A stretch of 63,930 bases of DNA, counting the filler, from Chiloscyllium plagiosum (taxonomy: Eukaryota), in assembly GCF_004010195.1 (NCBI RefSeq). It is 4 parts of one record of this genome, joined end to end, with 100 filler letters (N's around TTAATTAATTAA, not from the genome) between each part and the next. Parts side by side here need not be neighbours in the genome. Positions count along the whole stretch, not along the records: positions 59,777 to 63,930 come from NC_057711.1; 3 more parts are not named here. The stretch is one strand, 5' to 3'. The position numbers and the translations under genes are program-made. The notes under the pieces were generated by a model, which saw nothing but the letters and a program-made list of their open reading frames with translations, was not told the origin of the DNA and searched no databases. Of this stretch, positions 63,551-63,930 are shown piece after piece. How positions within the stretch are numbered: position 1 is the first letter of the stretch; each line of letters opens with the position of its first letter.

Positions 63551-63732
63551 TTTAAAACTTCCACCTTAGGTTATACTGCCTCACCCGATCCTTCTTATAA
63601 GACCTAACATTCAACCTTTTCTTCATTCAGCTTCATCAGCCACAAGGTTATTCATTTTACCAATATGTCCATTTCCTTGTGAAGCCTGCTAATATCCTCC
63701 TGACTCCACAATGCCTTTTTGAATTTCGTCAC

Positions 63733-63930
63733 ATAGAGTCATAGAGATGAACAGCATGGAAACAGACCCGTCCATGCCAACCAGATATCCCAACCCAATC
63801 TAGTCCCACCTGCCAGCACCTGGGCCATATCCCTCCAAAGCCTTCCTATTCATATACCCATCCAAATGCCTCTTAAATGTTGCAATTGTACCAGTCTCCA
63901 CCACTTCGTCTGGCAGCTCATTCCATACAC
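63733..63930 (-). mobile_element. CR1 LINE 3' end (continues beyond the window)
   Basis: Reverse complement of the 21500-21717 tail. Confidence 0.9.

Noticed and set aside
1..63930. CRISPR arrays or prokaryotic operons
   Set aside because: No regularly spaced repeat-spacer array; the sequence is spliced, SINE/LINE-rich vertebrate DNA.

Overview
Eukaryotic, repeat-dense vertebrate DNA, most likely a shark or other elasmobranch (HE1-type V-SINEs plus abundant CR1 LINEs). The only host gene I can support is RASGRF2 on the + strand: three consecutive, phase-compatible GT-AG coding exons (4138-4220, 5897-6145, 9613-10001) covering the end of PH2, the REM domain and the Ser/Pro-rich region. The remaining ~54 kb has no further exon I can recognise. 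It is mostly retroelement debris (CR1, L2, a second CR1/L2-group LINE, an L1 5' end, Gypsy, Copia and Penelope-like elements (PLEs)) plus a Harbinger-type Myb fragment, and is broken by three 100-nt assembly gaps containing an artificial TTAATTAATTAA linker. The most interesting signal is more than a dozen minimal type-I hammerhead ribozyme motifs (CUGANGA-N-helix II-GAAA-palindrome-UH) from four PLE 3'-end families. Several sit in short inverted-repeat cassettes with 13-18 bp target-site duplications (TSDs). One inserted into the hammerhead of another PLE, and one forms a ~600-bp near-perfect palindrome. The PLE-hammerhead association is established; these particular arrangements were read by eye and their novelty is unverified. 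Repeat boundaries are approximate unless a TSD is given.
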